A DNA stretch of 64,000 bases, taken from NCBI GenBank assembly GCA_047495785.1, contig JBLDXI010000054.1, positions 1,798,001-1,862,000 on the forward strand, read 5' to 3'. Under the pieces are notes generated by a model. The model saw only the letters and a list, made by a program, of their open reading frames with translations, was not told the origin of the DNA and did no database searches. This stretch comes from Lepidodermella squamata (taxonomy: Eukaryota > Animalia > Gastrotricha). A program made the translations under genes and the position numbers. Shown in pieces: positions 12,930-24,216 of the stretch. The number at the start of each line of letters is the position of its first letter. Position 1 is the stretch's first letter.

Positions 12930-13490
12930 GACTGCTTACTCACGAGAAAAAGGGTGCTACGCCATGGGCGCCAGATGGACAGCTGATTCATCAGCGCTTG
13001 GAGGAAAAGTAAACAAAATATTCGATTCTTTTTTTACTGGTTCCGTGACGGTTTTGATTTTCCCAAGGGTTTGGTTGATGGATCCAGACAGAGGAAGTCA
13101 CGAGGAACACGTTGGTTATTTTTTCGAAATTTTTGAAGGAATTTTAACTGGTTTTATAAACAAAAAACGGTTTCGCAGTTATAAATAAAAATATAGAATT
13201 GTCGTCAAAAATATAGGTCGAGTTGCTTTGACAATTCGATATTTTACGGTATAACATTCGTAAATCGTTCATATCTGAACTCGCCGCACTCGATTTACTC
13301 TTCGTAACTCGCCTCCGGCTCGTCACGACTCGTAAATCTCGGGCGGCTCCGTACAGATATAAACGTTTTACTCATGTCATACCATACAAATATATTTCAT
13401 GATCACTTAAATTGAAATTGAAGCAGTTTTTTGGTGGTCCAGGTAGCCCACATCGTGGTCCACATTTCAATACTTGGAGCGACCTTCGAT
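12930..13490. repeat. Dispersed MITE-like repeat containing a long imperfect palindrome (13239-13393)
   Basis: Shares blocks with 4060-4300. Palindrome arms of about 75 bp with repeated CTCG/CGAG mismatches. Confidence 0.65.
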
Positions 13491-13967
13491 GATTTTTTAC
13501 TGATTTTTTAGGAATTTTCAAAATATCACCAAGCGAAATTGGCATTATATTGAAAGAAAGGCCCTACTACAATCTTTTTCCAGCTACGCCATGTGGGTGT
13601 GGCGCACGTGCTGTCAACAAAGATTCCAACTGGACTCATGACTGTATTCATCTTCGGTTCCTGCGGAACCTCGATTCATACAGTCATTCGTACAAGAAAA
13701 GTGTTTCTGTATTCTGACCCATCCAAGATTGCTTAAATCTTATTTAAGTATTTGTCCTGCTGGATCCTTGATCAGACGTTACAAGCGAATCTGAGGTCGT
13801 ATTGGCTGCTAATTACGTATTTTCCGAATGTTGTATGGTTAAAGAAACATAAGCCGTTTAACACTTTAACTGCCAAACAATAGACTGCGAGGTCCGATAT
13901 TTGGGTCTAAATCCTGGGTCTGTCAAAAAGTCCTTTTTTCGGGTCAACGATGTGTCGTAGAGCAGAA

Positions 13968-14250
13968 TGCCTGACAGCGAAATGTCATGATCCGGCGGTT
14001 CTTTTGACACCGAATTTGAGGCCACAAGGTCTGAGCAGGTCATAGAAAATAACAGTGAAATAACGGCGAAATGTTGGATTAGAGCCAAAAATCAGACCCA
14101 AGAATTGGACCTATTAGACCCAGATCATGGCGCAACAATCGAAATTTCAGTGTTTCTTAAGTTTGATTTCTGTGCGTTCCTTGAAGTCTTTGGCCCCGAA
14201 TTTGGTGTTAAAAGAACCGCCGGATCATGGCCTACATTTTGTCGTCAGGC
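13968..14250. repeat. Inverted repeat pair (MITE remnant)
   Basis: CATGATCCGGCGGTTCTTTTGACACCGAATTT versus AATTTGGTGTTAAAAGAACCGCCGGATCATG. Confidence 0.6.
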
Positions 14251-14593
14251 TGTCAGTGTTGTACCATTTATTTCAACGTTTTGGTTTTAAGATGGATTTT
14301 TTTTCGTGAAATGACTCTTCCCATGTGATTTTTCGCATTTTTAGGGGCATAGACCCACGTAACAGGAGAGGGTAACAGCTTCCTCCCGAGTACTATGTAA
14401 CATAGAGCCCACGATACGGCCAGTTTCTTGGAAAAATCTCGAAACTGGCCTCCTCTAGGGCTCTATCTATACACGATACAGAAGATACGATACAGATCTG
14501 TACATATAACTACCCCAAATTGTGTTGATATAGTTTTCAGGATTTGGCTGTTATAGACCTGCCATAAACGAAATTATGACTCGTTGTGACCTG

Positions 14594-16981
14594 CTAGTTG
14601 TGACCTAGACTCAGCGCCAGGATGATAACATCGCAAAGAAGCATCATAGTGCCCATTAAACTGTAAACACTGAGATCAGCTAGGCGGATCCTAGATATTT
14701 TCAAATTTGTGCCATAAACAGATATCACATCCGAGTAATATGGATCGCAGGCCAAAGGACACGCCAATAACGTATAAACGGTTAAAATTGAGCTGAACAG
14801 CATCTGCAGCGCAATTAGAACCACAACGTATGCGATTTGGGCTGTTTCAGGTATTACTTCCGAAAGATACGACTGCAGCACCAAAAACGACAATAGAACT
14901 AAGAGTAAAAGCTAGAAACTTTGAGATCTTCCAGAAAATCATGAATAACTTGCCTGTTATACAAAATGAACACTTTTCGCTGTTTTCTGGTTGAATGCAA
15001 CCAGACATCAATACTACAAATTGAAGGATGAAACATGGCAAATAAATGCCTATCATGTAGATCTGGCATTTTCGTCTGACCACGAATGTGAGCAGGATTT
15101 CGTCGTATATCCGATTAGTCATCAAATGACTGAATTGCCCATGTGACATGCCAATATCCTGGAGTGACCAGACATCAGCATCGCTAATGAAATTCGGATC
15201 TAGGGGTAAGTGACTACTAGCTGGCTTCATATTCACCCTGAGAATACTCTCGAATGACATGATAGGGTAAACGCAGGATTGCTGATCGAACGGGAAGTTG
15301 GAGAAATCCATGTCGCAGTAAAATTCAAGTGTTGCGATCATCACCAATTGAACTAATCCACTGGACGTGAAAAGTACCCTGCTTTTCGCGGCCAATCTGC
15401 GTGGAGATAGATAATCAGAGTTATGAATCCTTTTCAAGCTTTATAATATGCGATAATGGCTTACTTTTGAAACGGCATGCTGTTGCCAACTGCTGAGCTT
15501 ACCAGGACAAGGGGTGTCCAAACATTGCTGCCTTTGACAGAGAAAAATTCTGTCGAGTTGAATCTGGCGTCTGAAGACCAAGTAGTGCAAGGATTCGTCC
15601 ATTCGAAGGTGACTTGGGCGATGAAGGAGAAAATTTGTTCCCACATGGTTGGTTATTTTTTGCTTCAATGGAAAATGTGATTCCGCCCGGTGTTTCCGCC
15701 CGGTGATTCCGCCCGCTCACGCGTTTTAAGGTGGATCTTTTATTATTAATTTCGGTTAAAATCCAAATCATTGAATTACTGGGCGAACCAGACTCCATTT
15801 AGGGATTGGACTAGCAAAGCAAAAATTTGAACCAAGGAAAGCATTTTAACAAAAACCATTTTTATTGAACAATAATACTGTGGGAGAGCTTATAAACAAT
15901 ATTCAGTTCTGGATGTGACATGCACCGTGCAGTAAATTACTTGACAACTGGCGTCGACCGTGAAATGGCGTGATTCAAACCGGTTCTTCAGGCTTAACAG
16001 GATCACAGCCCAACAATGCCAATGCCGTCGCTTCGCATAGAGATTTTCCACCGAAAGTCGTTGAACAGCATAGTCGGCGTATCGTTTCCTGGAATTTTGC
16101 ACCGTGCCAATTGTCTCAAGCGCCAATTCTTCGATGTATTGTTGCAGTTATTCAGCAACGCCTTCAAATTAAGCTTCGTCATCGCCGTCGGATTGAACGC
16201 TGGAATCTGATCGGCCAAGAGGAAATTCGGGCTTTTGCTATAGCAGCTCGATATCTTGAGCATTGCGGTTTTCACGAGCTGATTGGTGTCGCTCAGACTG
16301 CAACAGCCATATCCATTTGCTTAGAATCGACTGCGTTTCCGAGGATTAAATCGCCGATGCCGTGCGTGGTTTCAACCAACAAAGAATTCAGTGCAAAAAT
16401 TGATTTAAAAAAGGAATGAAACAATTAGAATTTGTTAATCGATTTTTTAAGGTTGATTTTTTAATTTCAACAAAATTAATTTAGTCAGACACAGTGGGTA
16501 TGAGTGTTTAGGCATTTTATCCAGATTTCCAGTGGAAAATTGGGTTTTTATTCAGAAAATAACCAACAATGTGGGAACAGGAATCCTAAACTTGTGTTTC
16601 GGGCAAAAACTCGATTTCAGCCCTTGAAAATACCCTCGGGCTTCGCTTCGCTACGCCCTCGGGCATTTTCAGCGGGCCGAAATCTCGTTTCTGCCCTCAA
16701 CACCGTTAAGGATTCCTTAATTTCTGGCTATCCATGCCGAGAAATCGCATTGGTAGAAATTTGACGGTGATATTCAGTATTTCTTTGAAATTGCCGACTG
16801 GCTTAAAGTCGGATAGCAGATTGCACCGAGTTGACATTTCCTGATAAACTAATGCCTCGTCACTCATGAACACTTTTCGTTCAGCTATGTCGGTTGTTGT
16901 AGCCGAGTAAGCCGTTGAAAATAACAACAAGGGGACTATGATCATAGCTATGTAAAACTCCGATGTAACACCCATCGCCAT
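14594..16981 (-). pseudogene. Divergent Cys-loop pLGIC subunit G3 (closest paralog of G2), exon 1 interrupted by a 1083-bp insertion
   Basis: Removing 15638-16720 restores LGMDSQK-QIFSFIAQV. Cys-loop CDMDFSNFPFDQQSC. Same intron positions as G2. Confidence 0.88.
15638..16720. mobile_element. Non-autonomous insertion with asymmetric inverted repeats and a terminal palindrome (Crypton- or Helentron/HINE-like, unresolved)
   Basis: 24-bp IR at 15636-15659 and 16556-16579 (1 mismatch), palindrome at 16580-16716, terminal TTAA, 13-bp tandem repeats GTGwTTCCGCCCG near 15677-15715. Inserted at TT with no longer TSD. Confidence 0.75.
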
Positions 16982-17166
16982 CTCTGTCAAATATGTTGAG
17001 GATGGGAGTTTTAGATGAATGTATTGCTGTAGGAGAGTACACAATGTGAACCGGAAATGCGTAATCGAAACGTAAATAAAGCGGAGCCATCGGTGCCAGC
17101 CCATTTTTTAATTTCGCAAAACTGCAAGCGCACATTATATTTCATATAATGTATTTTTATTAGACA

Positions 17167-18520
17167 TCATGACGCAATAATAGCAAATAGTAAAAAATCT
17201 GCTAATGTTTTGACAATTAAAACAACGGAGTAAAAAAAGAAATCGAGCACGCGTATCCGGGATATTCTCATGGGCCATTTCGTAAAGGGGAACGGTTCAG
17301 TGAATATGACTTTTTGCCTATAGTACGCCCTGTCCGATAAATCGTTTACAATTAAAGCGTAACCAGTGATTACAAATCCGGCAACTAATTGAAATGCAAT
17401 GAAAGATTCTACATGCGTAATAACAGCTGATTTTGGCATCTCTTTGGTTATATCAGACTGAAGGAGAATGTAAGCCAAAAGTACGGTTATGCAGAAAACA
17501 GCTCGATCTGGATATTTGGCCGGAATCCAAAAGGACAGGACACTAAGGGTTTGCAGAACGATGCAGGGTAGAAAGATGTTATTCATGTAAATGCTGAATT
17601 TTCTCGAAATCACGAATGTGATGATAGTTCTGTCGTAGGTCGCATTATCGCTCAAAAATACGAGCGATGCATTTTTCGTCCTTATGTCGATAAGTTCCCA
17701 GACTTCGGCTGGAGATATGAAGTCCACGCTAGAAATATCGAGGCCTTTGCCTTTGAGTGCGATTCGAATCTTCTGGCTTTCGTCCCATGATTCCAGGACC
17801 AGATTGCAAGTTTGCCGGTCGAATGGAAACTTTCGGAAGTCCAAGTCGCAGAAGACTGAAAATGTTGTCATGATTTGCCATAGAACTGTTCCATCGGATT
17901 GAAAGAAAACCAAAGATTCTTTAGCCAGTCTAAACGAAACTAACGAAATAGGAAATTTAGAGAAAATCAATTGTCCTCACTCGTCGAAAGGCATGACTTG
18001 ACTGATAGCGTTGTTGATACTCAACCCGGGGTACCAAACTTCCGAAGCCTTCATTTTGAAGTATTGAATCGAGGTTGGAGAAGTGCTGTTCCATGATGTG
18101 CAAGGATGTGCCCAAACGAAGTCTATCTCTCCAACAAAAGAGAACCTTATATCGGTCTAATTCAAGATTATTTTATTCGAAGTAAGAAAGTGCTCACGTT
18201 TGCTCGCGGTCCTTTAATCCTCTGAATCTCAGCGGTATGAAATTTACGGAAACATGAATTGCCTCGGAGTAGTTCCTAAGAGGCCTTGCGTTAGACTTGA
18301 GATTGCACTTTTTTATGAAAGACTCGATGAAAAGCTTCTCCTTCGATACAAACGACGGCATTGATTTCAGATCATCGCAAGGGAGGGATGAGCAATTTGC
18401 GATAATCGACCGATAGGGATGACTTGTCCGGAGCAGAAACTGACTCGGTTTGCAATCGACATAATTAAGGCTAAGGATCGTGATTAAACTAGGTAGAAAA
18501 TGCAATCGAAGCATTTTCAT
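17167..18520 (-). CDS. Divergent Cys-loop pLGIC subunit G4, intact, 3 exons
   Basis: Signal peptide, KCNL, WAHPCTSW, Cys-loop CDLDFRKFPFDRQTC, loop B ESWD, M2 DRAVFCITVLLAYILLQ, short M3-M4 loop. Introns at about 18146-18197 and 17929-17980. Confidence 0.9.
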
Positions 18521-18779
18521 CAATTGCTAAAATGCATCTCTTCAAGACATCTCAAATGTATGTATTAATCGATACACATTGACAACAGGTGTTTATTCAG
18601 CATTAATTATAAATCGCCCATAATTTTGTCGCGTTACTCATGCGGAACTTAATCTCTATTTACTTAAGAATAGGTAAATACCAACTAGCTGTGATATACT
18701 GATCGATCTTGAACAGATTTAGCTGGAATTTGTTCGACAAAAAATGTCCAGAGGGTTCGTGCCAACATTTTTTATTACT

Positions 18780-20118
18780 TCAAGTCGAAATAAGCGCAAA
18801 AATGCTCAAATCAGCTAGAGCTTTCACGAAGAAAATCGATGTGTAGAAAATGAAATCCAAAATTCGAATCCTTGAAATCACCATAGGCATCTTAGTGAAT
18901 GGGAAATGCTTGTTAAACTTAAGATCAGACATGTAATAAGACTTGTCAGCCAAATCATTAGCAATCAAAGCATAGACAGTGATAACAAAAGCAGCTGTTA
19001 GTTGAAACGCAAGGAAAAACTCAATGTTCGACACTAAAGCAGACTTTGGAGTGTCTTTTAGGATCTCAGCCAAGAGTAGGACATCGGCCAATAGTACTGT
19101 CGTGCAAAACACCGCTCGGTCAGGGTGTTTAGCCGGCATCCAAACTGACAGCAGGCTCAGAATTTGTAGGACAAGGCAGGGTAAGACGATATTATTCAGA
19201 TAAATGCTTGATTTTCGGCGGATTACGAATGTTATAACAGCTCGGTCGTAGGTGAAATTATCGGCCACAAAAACTTCAGTTGTATTATAGGTCCGAACAT
19301 CCGATAGCTTCCAAACCTCGGAGGGACTGATGAAGTCATCAGTTGTCATGGACAAGCCTTGGTCTTTGAGGAACAGTCGTATCTTGGATTCATCATCCCA
19401 CGATTCGAGGATCATGCTGCAGGTTTGTATGTCAAAAGGAAACTTTTGAAAATCGAGTTCACAGAAGACGGAGAAAGTTGACATTATTTGCCATGAAACT
19501 GTCCCATCCGAATAAAAGAAAGTTAAAGTCTCCTTAGCCAGGCTAAATAGTCACAGATATTAAATAACAGCTAAGAGAGCTGCTACTAACTTACCTATCA
19601 AATGGCATAACATCGCTTATCGCATTGTTTATGGCAAGACCAGGGTACCACACTTCAGACGATCTCATTTTGAAGTAAGGAATGTGGCTGTAGTTGGTAT
19701 GGGTCCATACCGTGCAAGGATGTTTCCAAGAGAAATCGACCTCGCCAACAAAGGAAAACCTTAAAAAGCCAAATTTTGAGATGGATTTCCCTTTGATCTA
19801 GGTTAAAACTAACTGTTGCTCTCGGTCTTTAATACCCCGGAACCGTAGGGGCTGGAAATTGACTGATACGTGAACTGCCTGCGAATAATTCCTGAGAGGT
19901 CTAGCGTTAGATTTCAAATTGCATTTCGACACGTAGCTCTCAATGAAAATCCTTTCCTCTGCCACAAAACTTGTGAGAGTGTCAAGATCGCCACATGGAG
20001 TCGAGCAGTTATTGATAACAGCTTGATACGGGTGGTTAAGCCTCAACGAGGTTTGGCTTGGCTTTCCTTGAATAGGAGTCAGCCAATCGATGAAAAAAAG
20101 TAACGGCACTACTATCAT
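18780..20118 (-). CDS. Divergent Cys-loop pLGIC subunit G5, intact, 3 exons
   Basis: Cys-loop CELDFQKFPFDIQTC, ESWD, M2 DRAVFCTTVLLADVLLL. Two roughly 50-nt introns at the same positions as G4. Confidence 0.9.
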
Positions 20119-20291
20119 GGTTTCTATTATAATGAAACATGTGTCTTTGCCACCATTTGATCATCCCCCTTAAGAATTGATTTTCTTCTCAGAGCTCACT
20201 CAATAATGCATAGGGTGATCGATCTCATTTATTTTTTATCAATTTAAGAAACTTTATTCATATACAGCAATTAACGGAGATTTATTTTTGT

Positions 20292-21712
20292 CTATGACGT
20301 TATCAGACCAAATATGATAAAATCGGAAATTAACATGACGAACCCGGTGGCGCTATAGAAACAAATGTCAATAAATCTATTGCGCGAGAATGAGTTTTTG
20401 AACGAAAGTGTAATTTTGGCATCCTTCATGAAGTAGTCACGTGGGCTCAGCTCGTTGGTGATCAGGGCGTAGACGGTAATTACAAAGCTTGAGGCGAGCT
20501 GCACGCCGAAAAAGACGACCACGTAGGCTATTTCGGCAGATTTTGGCATAGAACTCGTAATGATTGATTGCAAAACCACATAAGCCAATAGCACTGAGAA
20601 AAAATCGTAAAATTACTTATTGAATAAGGTTAAATCGTCAAATCACCTGTTATGCAAAATACAGCTCTATCCGGGTGATGGCCAGGCATGAAACCAGACA
20701 TCAGAATCAGAAATTGAAGCACAAAAGCAGACAGGAAAATGTTGACCATATAGCTTTTGTACTTCCTCGCAAAATCGAAGGTAACAATGACTTGATCGTA
20801 GACTAACGGACTACCAGCGTAAGTTCTGGTCTGGTTTCTCGCAGCGGCATCGTGAAGCTCCCAAATATCAGCTTCTGTGATGAAATCGTCAAAGTCGATA
20901 TCGAGGCCTTTGCCCCTCAGGAATAGTCGGATAATTCGAGTGTTTTCCCAAGATTCGAGGGTTATGCTGCATTCCTGTCGGTCAAATGGGAACTTTTTGA
21001 AGTCGAGTTCGCAAAACACGGAGAATAGTGACATAACTGGCCACATTACGGTTCCATCAGCATAAAAGTAGATTTGACTCCTCTTCGCAATGCTGGAAGA
21101 TTGAATTTTCAAGTTTTTAGGATCAAAGATCAAAGTAAACTTACTCATCAAATGGAGTGATTTCACTGATAGCATTGTTAATGCTCATAGTGGGGTAGTA
21201 GGTTTCTTCAGCTGTCATTCGGAAGTAATCAATGTTTCCGAAAGATGTGTCAACCCAGCTGGTGCAAGGATGGTCCCATCGGAGATCTATTTCACAAACA
21301 AGATTGTACCTGAAAGAGAAGAAATCCTATTTAAACATCGCTGCATTTATTTCTAAACTTACGTTTGCTCCCGATCCTCCAGGCCACGGAAAAACAGGGG
21401 TATGTAATTGACGTTAACCATTAAAGGCTCGGAGTAATTCTTGAGAGGTCGAACTTTGGCAGCCAAGTCGCATTTGGAAATGACAGTTTCTCGTAAAATG
21501 GCCTCGTCAGCTTTGAAGGTCTCTTCCTCGGTTTCGTTCTCTGCGTGAGACTCAGATGCATCAACGACAGGCTCCGGCATAGCTGAGGCGATGTCTGTGA
21601 TTGATTCTGCCGTCATGTTCCCATCAAAATCTTGTTTCGATGCCACATATTTTGAAATTGAGCAAAGTAAGGCAACTATTAAAAGTTTAGAGCCAATTTT
21701 CCAGAGCAGCAT
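20292..21712 (-). CDS. Divergent Cys-loop pLGIC subunit G6, intact, 4 exons
   Basis: Signal peptide plus acidic N-terminal extension, Cys-loop CELDFKKFPFDRQEC, ESWE, M2 DRAVFCITVLLAYVVLQ. Three short introns. Confidence 0.9.
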
Positions 21713-22073
21713 TGTCGCGTGGAAATAGCCCAATCGTTTCGTTTCCAACTTTCACAGGAGATGCCTCCGTATCGCAACGAGCTAATGCATCGATTTCCGT
21801 ACGTTTTTTATGCGAGTCTTGAAATAACACTAAACGATTTTTTGTTCGCACACCTCATCGCTTGGAGCGCTCATCACGCAGTATTGTTTACAGTCGATGC
21901 ATAATTCAGAGCGAGCCGCATCTATTTTTAATTTAGTTGGCAATTACACGAAATGTCTCTATGACTGTGAATCCTTTTGCTTGCAGAGTTGGAGCCAAGA
22001 TTTGAGTTATTCATCGGCGCTGTATGGCTCCAATGGCGTCTCTTGTTTTATATAGCGACTGAACAGTCTGTCA

Positions 22074-22233
22074 CAGTGTTCGAAGTACGGGGGAATCGTA
22101 CTCCCAGTTCGAAAGGCTAAATAGGAAAAACTCAACAAATTCAACAAATTCAAATTCAAATTCGACCCTTTGGTCATAAAATAGGGCCCAAAAATACCCC
22201 TACCCTAGTTCGAGGATCCTACTTCGCGCACTG
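22074..22233. mobile_element. hAT-like MITE (CAGTG termini), older copy
   Basis: CAGTGTTCGAAGTA...TACTTCGCGCACTG. Same family as 31295 and 32535; TSD degenerate. Confidence 0.7.
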
Positions 22234-22746
22234 GCCTGAACCTTTGAACAATGAACAATTTCCCGGGTACGGGGAGAAGAGGTTAAAAAGCCACACCTGC
22301 ATGGTATTCAAAAATGTTGGAAAAATAACTGAAGACCCTTGAAGAACTGCAGGACTTGATTTACCATTGGGAATTACCCAGAAAGAGTTAGCATGTATAA
22401 GACGGCGTCTTCAAATTTGGGTTATACGGTGAGATACATCAGTGTCATATAATCCCGCATCTTCAAATTCAAGTATATTTACCAATTAGAAAAAACCCAT
22501 ATCATAACAAAATAGCTTCTCAGATTTGCTAAAGTAGCTATCTATAGAACAGAGAAGAGCATGATGATCCAGTCTCGGAGCGGCTAAGGTATCTTCCGGT
22601 TGTTTTGAGCCTTTATGTAGTTACCGCGTTATGTCAGCATAACAATGTGCGCATTTTTTATAGAGCACCCAGGTTGCGAGCCGTGGCCATGAATAAAATT
22701 ACGCCATTGAGCAAAAAACACTCACGTTGACTCATGAGTTGCCTAA

Positions 22747-23985
22747 ATGACAGCTAAGCATGTAGGCACTTTTATTATACTAACTCTCGTCATAATCGCA
22801 TTTCATTCACTTGTGAATGAATCAATCATATACTCAAAATTTCCGCATATTCGCCGCGGATCAAATCTGCGGTCAGCCAGCGAGACGAATGCTGATCTGT
22901 TGCAAGAAATGATGTGCAACTTCAACGCATCTCGATGCAATTTCTCGAGCGGATTTTCAGAGGATTTCCGCAATTTTTCAAAATCAGCTTTCAGCGCTAT
23001 GAGGCATAATACTATCCTAGTTGTGGTTTTCAACTTCGCTTCCAATTACGAGGTCGCTCCGATGATCGAATCGATGTATGGCAATATTATCAGCGAAATC
23101 CGATATTGTGGGCCGTCGCGAAATTCTTCAGATTTCATAGATCGAATTCGAAATTACTACAACGGTTCGAAAGTTCTAGTAGATCATCTCGAAAAGCGAT
23201 TTATCAACTATGAATTGGAAAAGCCGAGATATAAGGGAGCGGGGGAGACTGTTTACCACTGCATTAATCTCGCTGTGGGAGCTTCTAAAATTCCCTATCA
23301 CGAATTGAACGGGATATTTCTAGTTCATGACGATGCCTTGATCGGCTATTGGAAATTTCTGTTCCAGCCTTCATATTACGATTTATCGAGGAGCTACCCG
23401 ATGTCTCGAAACAATTTCTTCTACAATGTCGACACGCTCGATCGATGTGAAAAAGAATGCGTTTATATAAATCATTGGTCGAATTGGCCGACTTACTACG
23501 CGAACGAGACTTATGCTTACTTCAACGAATTCGAAGCTCTGGCTTGGAGAAAAATCGAGCCTTACAGAACTTGCTTCGAACGGCTTAGCAATGTTACAAA
23601 CGGGCCTCGTCGGGTTATCAGAGGATTGTCTGATTTATTTTACATTTCAAAGAAGGATATGAAGGTTGTTATGACAATTTTCGATTTGATGGCGAAGCAT
23701 CACGTTTTTCAAGAAGTTGCCGTAGCCACAGCGTTTTCATGCCTCGACAGGCCGGGTTTTATTGATGATCGCAACTGGTATACAATGTCGCTGCCAGAGC
23801 TGCCTGATTACCTAATTAACTTTGATCTGGCAATGCCGCTGCATCCCCTTAAACTGTCTTCATTGGCTGCTTACGCTCTTCACAGTGATCTTTACGAGTC
23901 TAATGAAGAAATATCTGCTAAAACTTGTATTTATTGCGAATTTTTGAGATCTGCAAAATATTTGTTGACACATCATAATGTGTAA
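22747..23985 (+). CDS. STELLO/DUF288-like putative glycosyltransferase, type II membrane protein, intronless
   Basis: N-terminal TM anchor. Motifs ILVVVFN, IRYCGP, YHCI, GIFLVHDDA, SDLFYI, VFQEVAVAT, HPLKLS. Confidence 0.75.
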   Translation: MTAKHVGTFIILTLVIIAFHSLVNESIIYSKFPHIRRGSNLRSASETNADLLQEMMCNFNASRCNFSSGFSEDFRNFSKSAFSAMRHNTILVVVFNFASNYEVAPMIESMYGNIISEIRYCGPSRNSSDFIDRIRNYYNGSKVLVDHLEKRFINYELEKPRYKGAGETVYHCINLAVGASKIPYHELNGIFLVHDDALIGYWKFLFQPSYYDLSRSYPMSRNNFFYNVDTLDRCEKECVYINHWSNWPTYYANETYAYFNEFEALAWRKIEPYRTCFERLSNVTNGPRRVIRGLSDLFYISKKDMKVVMTIFDLMAKHHVFQEVAVATAFSCLDRPGFIDDRNWYTMSLPELPDYLINFDLAMPLHPLKLSSLAAYALHSDLYESNEEISAKTCIYCEFLRSAKYLLTHHNV

Positions 23986-24216
23986 TAAAAACTCAACATG
24001 TTTTCTTTGATTTTTGCACTAAAATTGAAAAATTGATACGGCTCTGAGGAAATGTAATGGAAGTTGGTCAAACGCCGAAAAAAGGAACCCGTATTGAATC
24101 GCTTAAAAATGAATCTTTTATTTTTGAACTCACGGTTCTTGTTTACGAATTATGGATGTGCACCAGGCACAGGGAAAATTACTGGAGTAATGAGAACAAG
24201 GCTCAGTGGATCATGT

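Noticed and set aside
15638-16720. Insertion spliced out as an intron or read through in frame (length divisible by 3)
   Set aside because: No GT/AG at the junctions on the coding strand, and an in-frame stop occurs within 5 codons.
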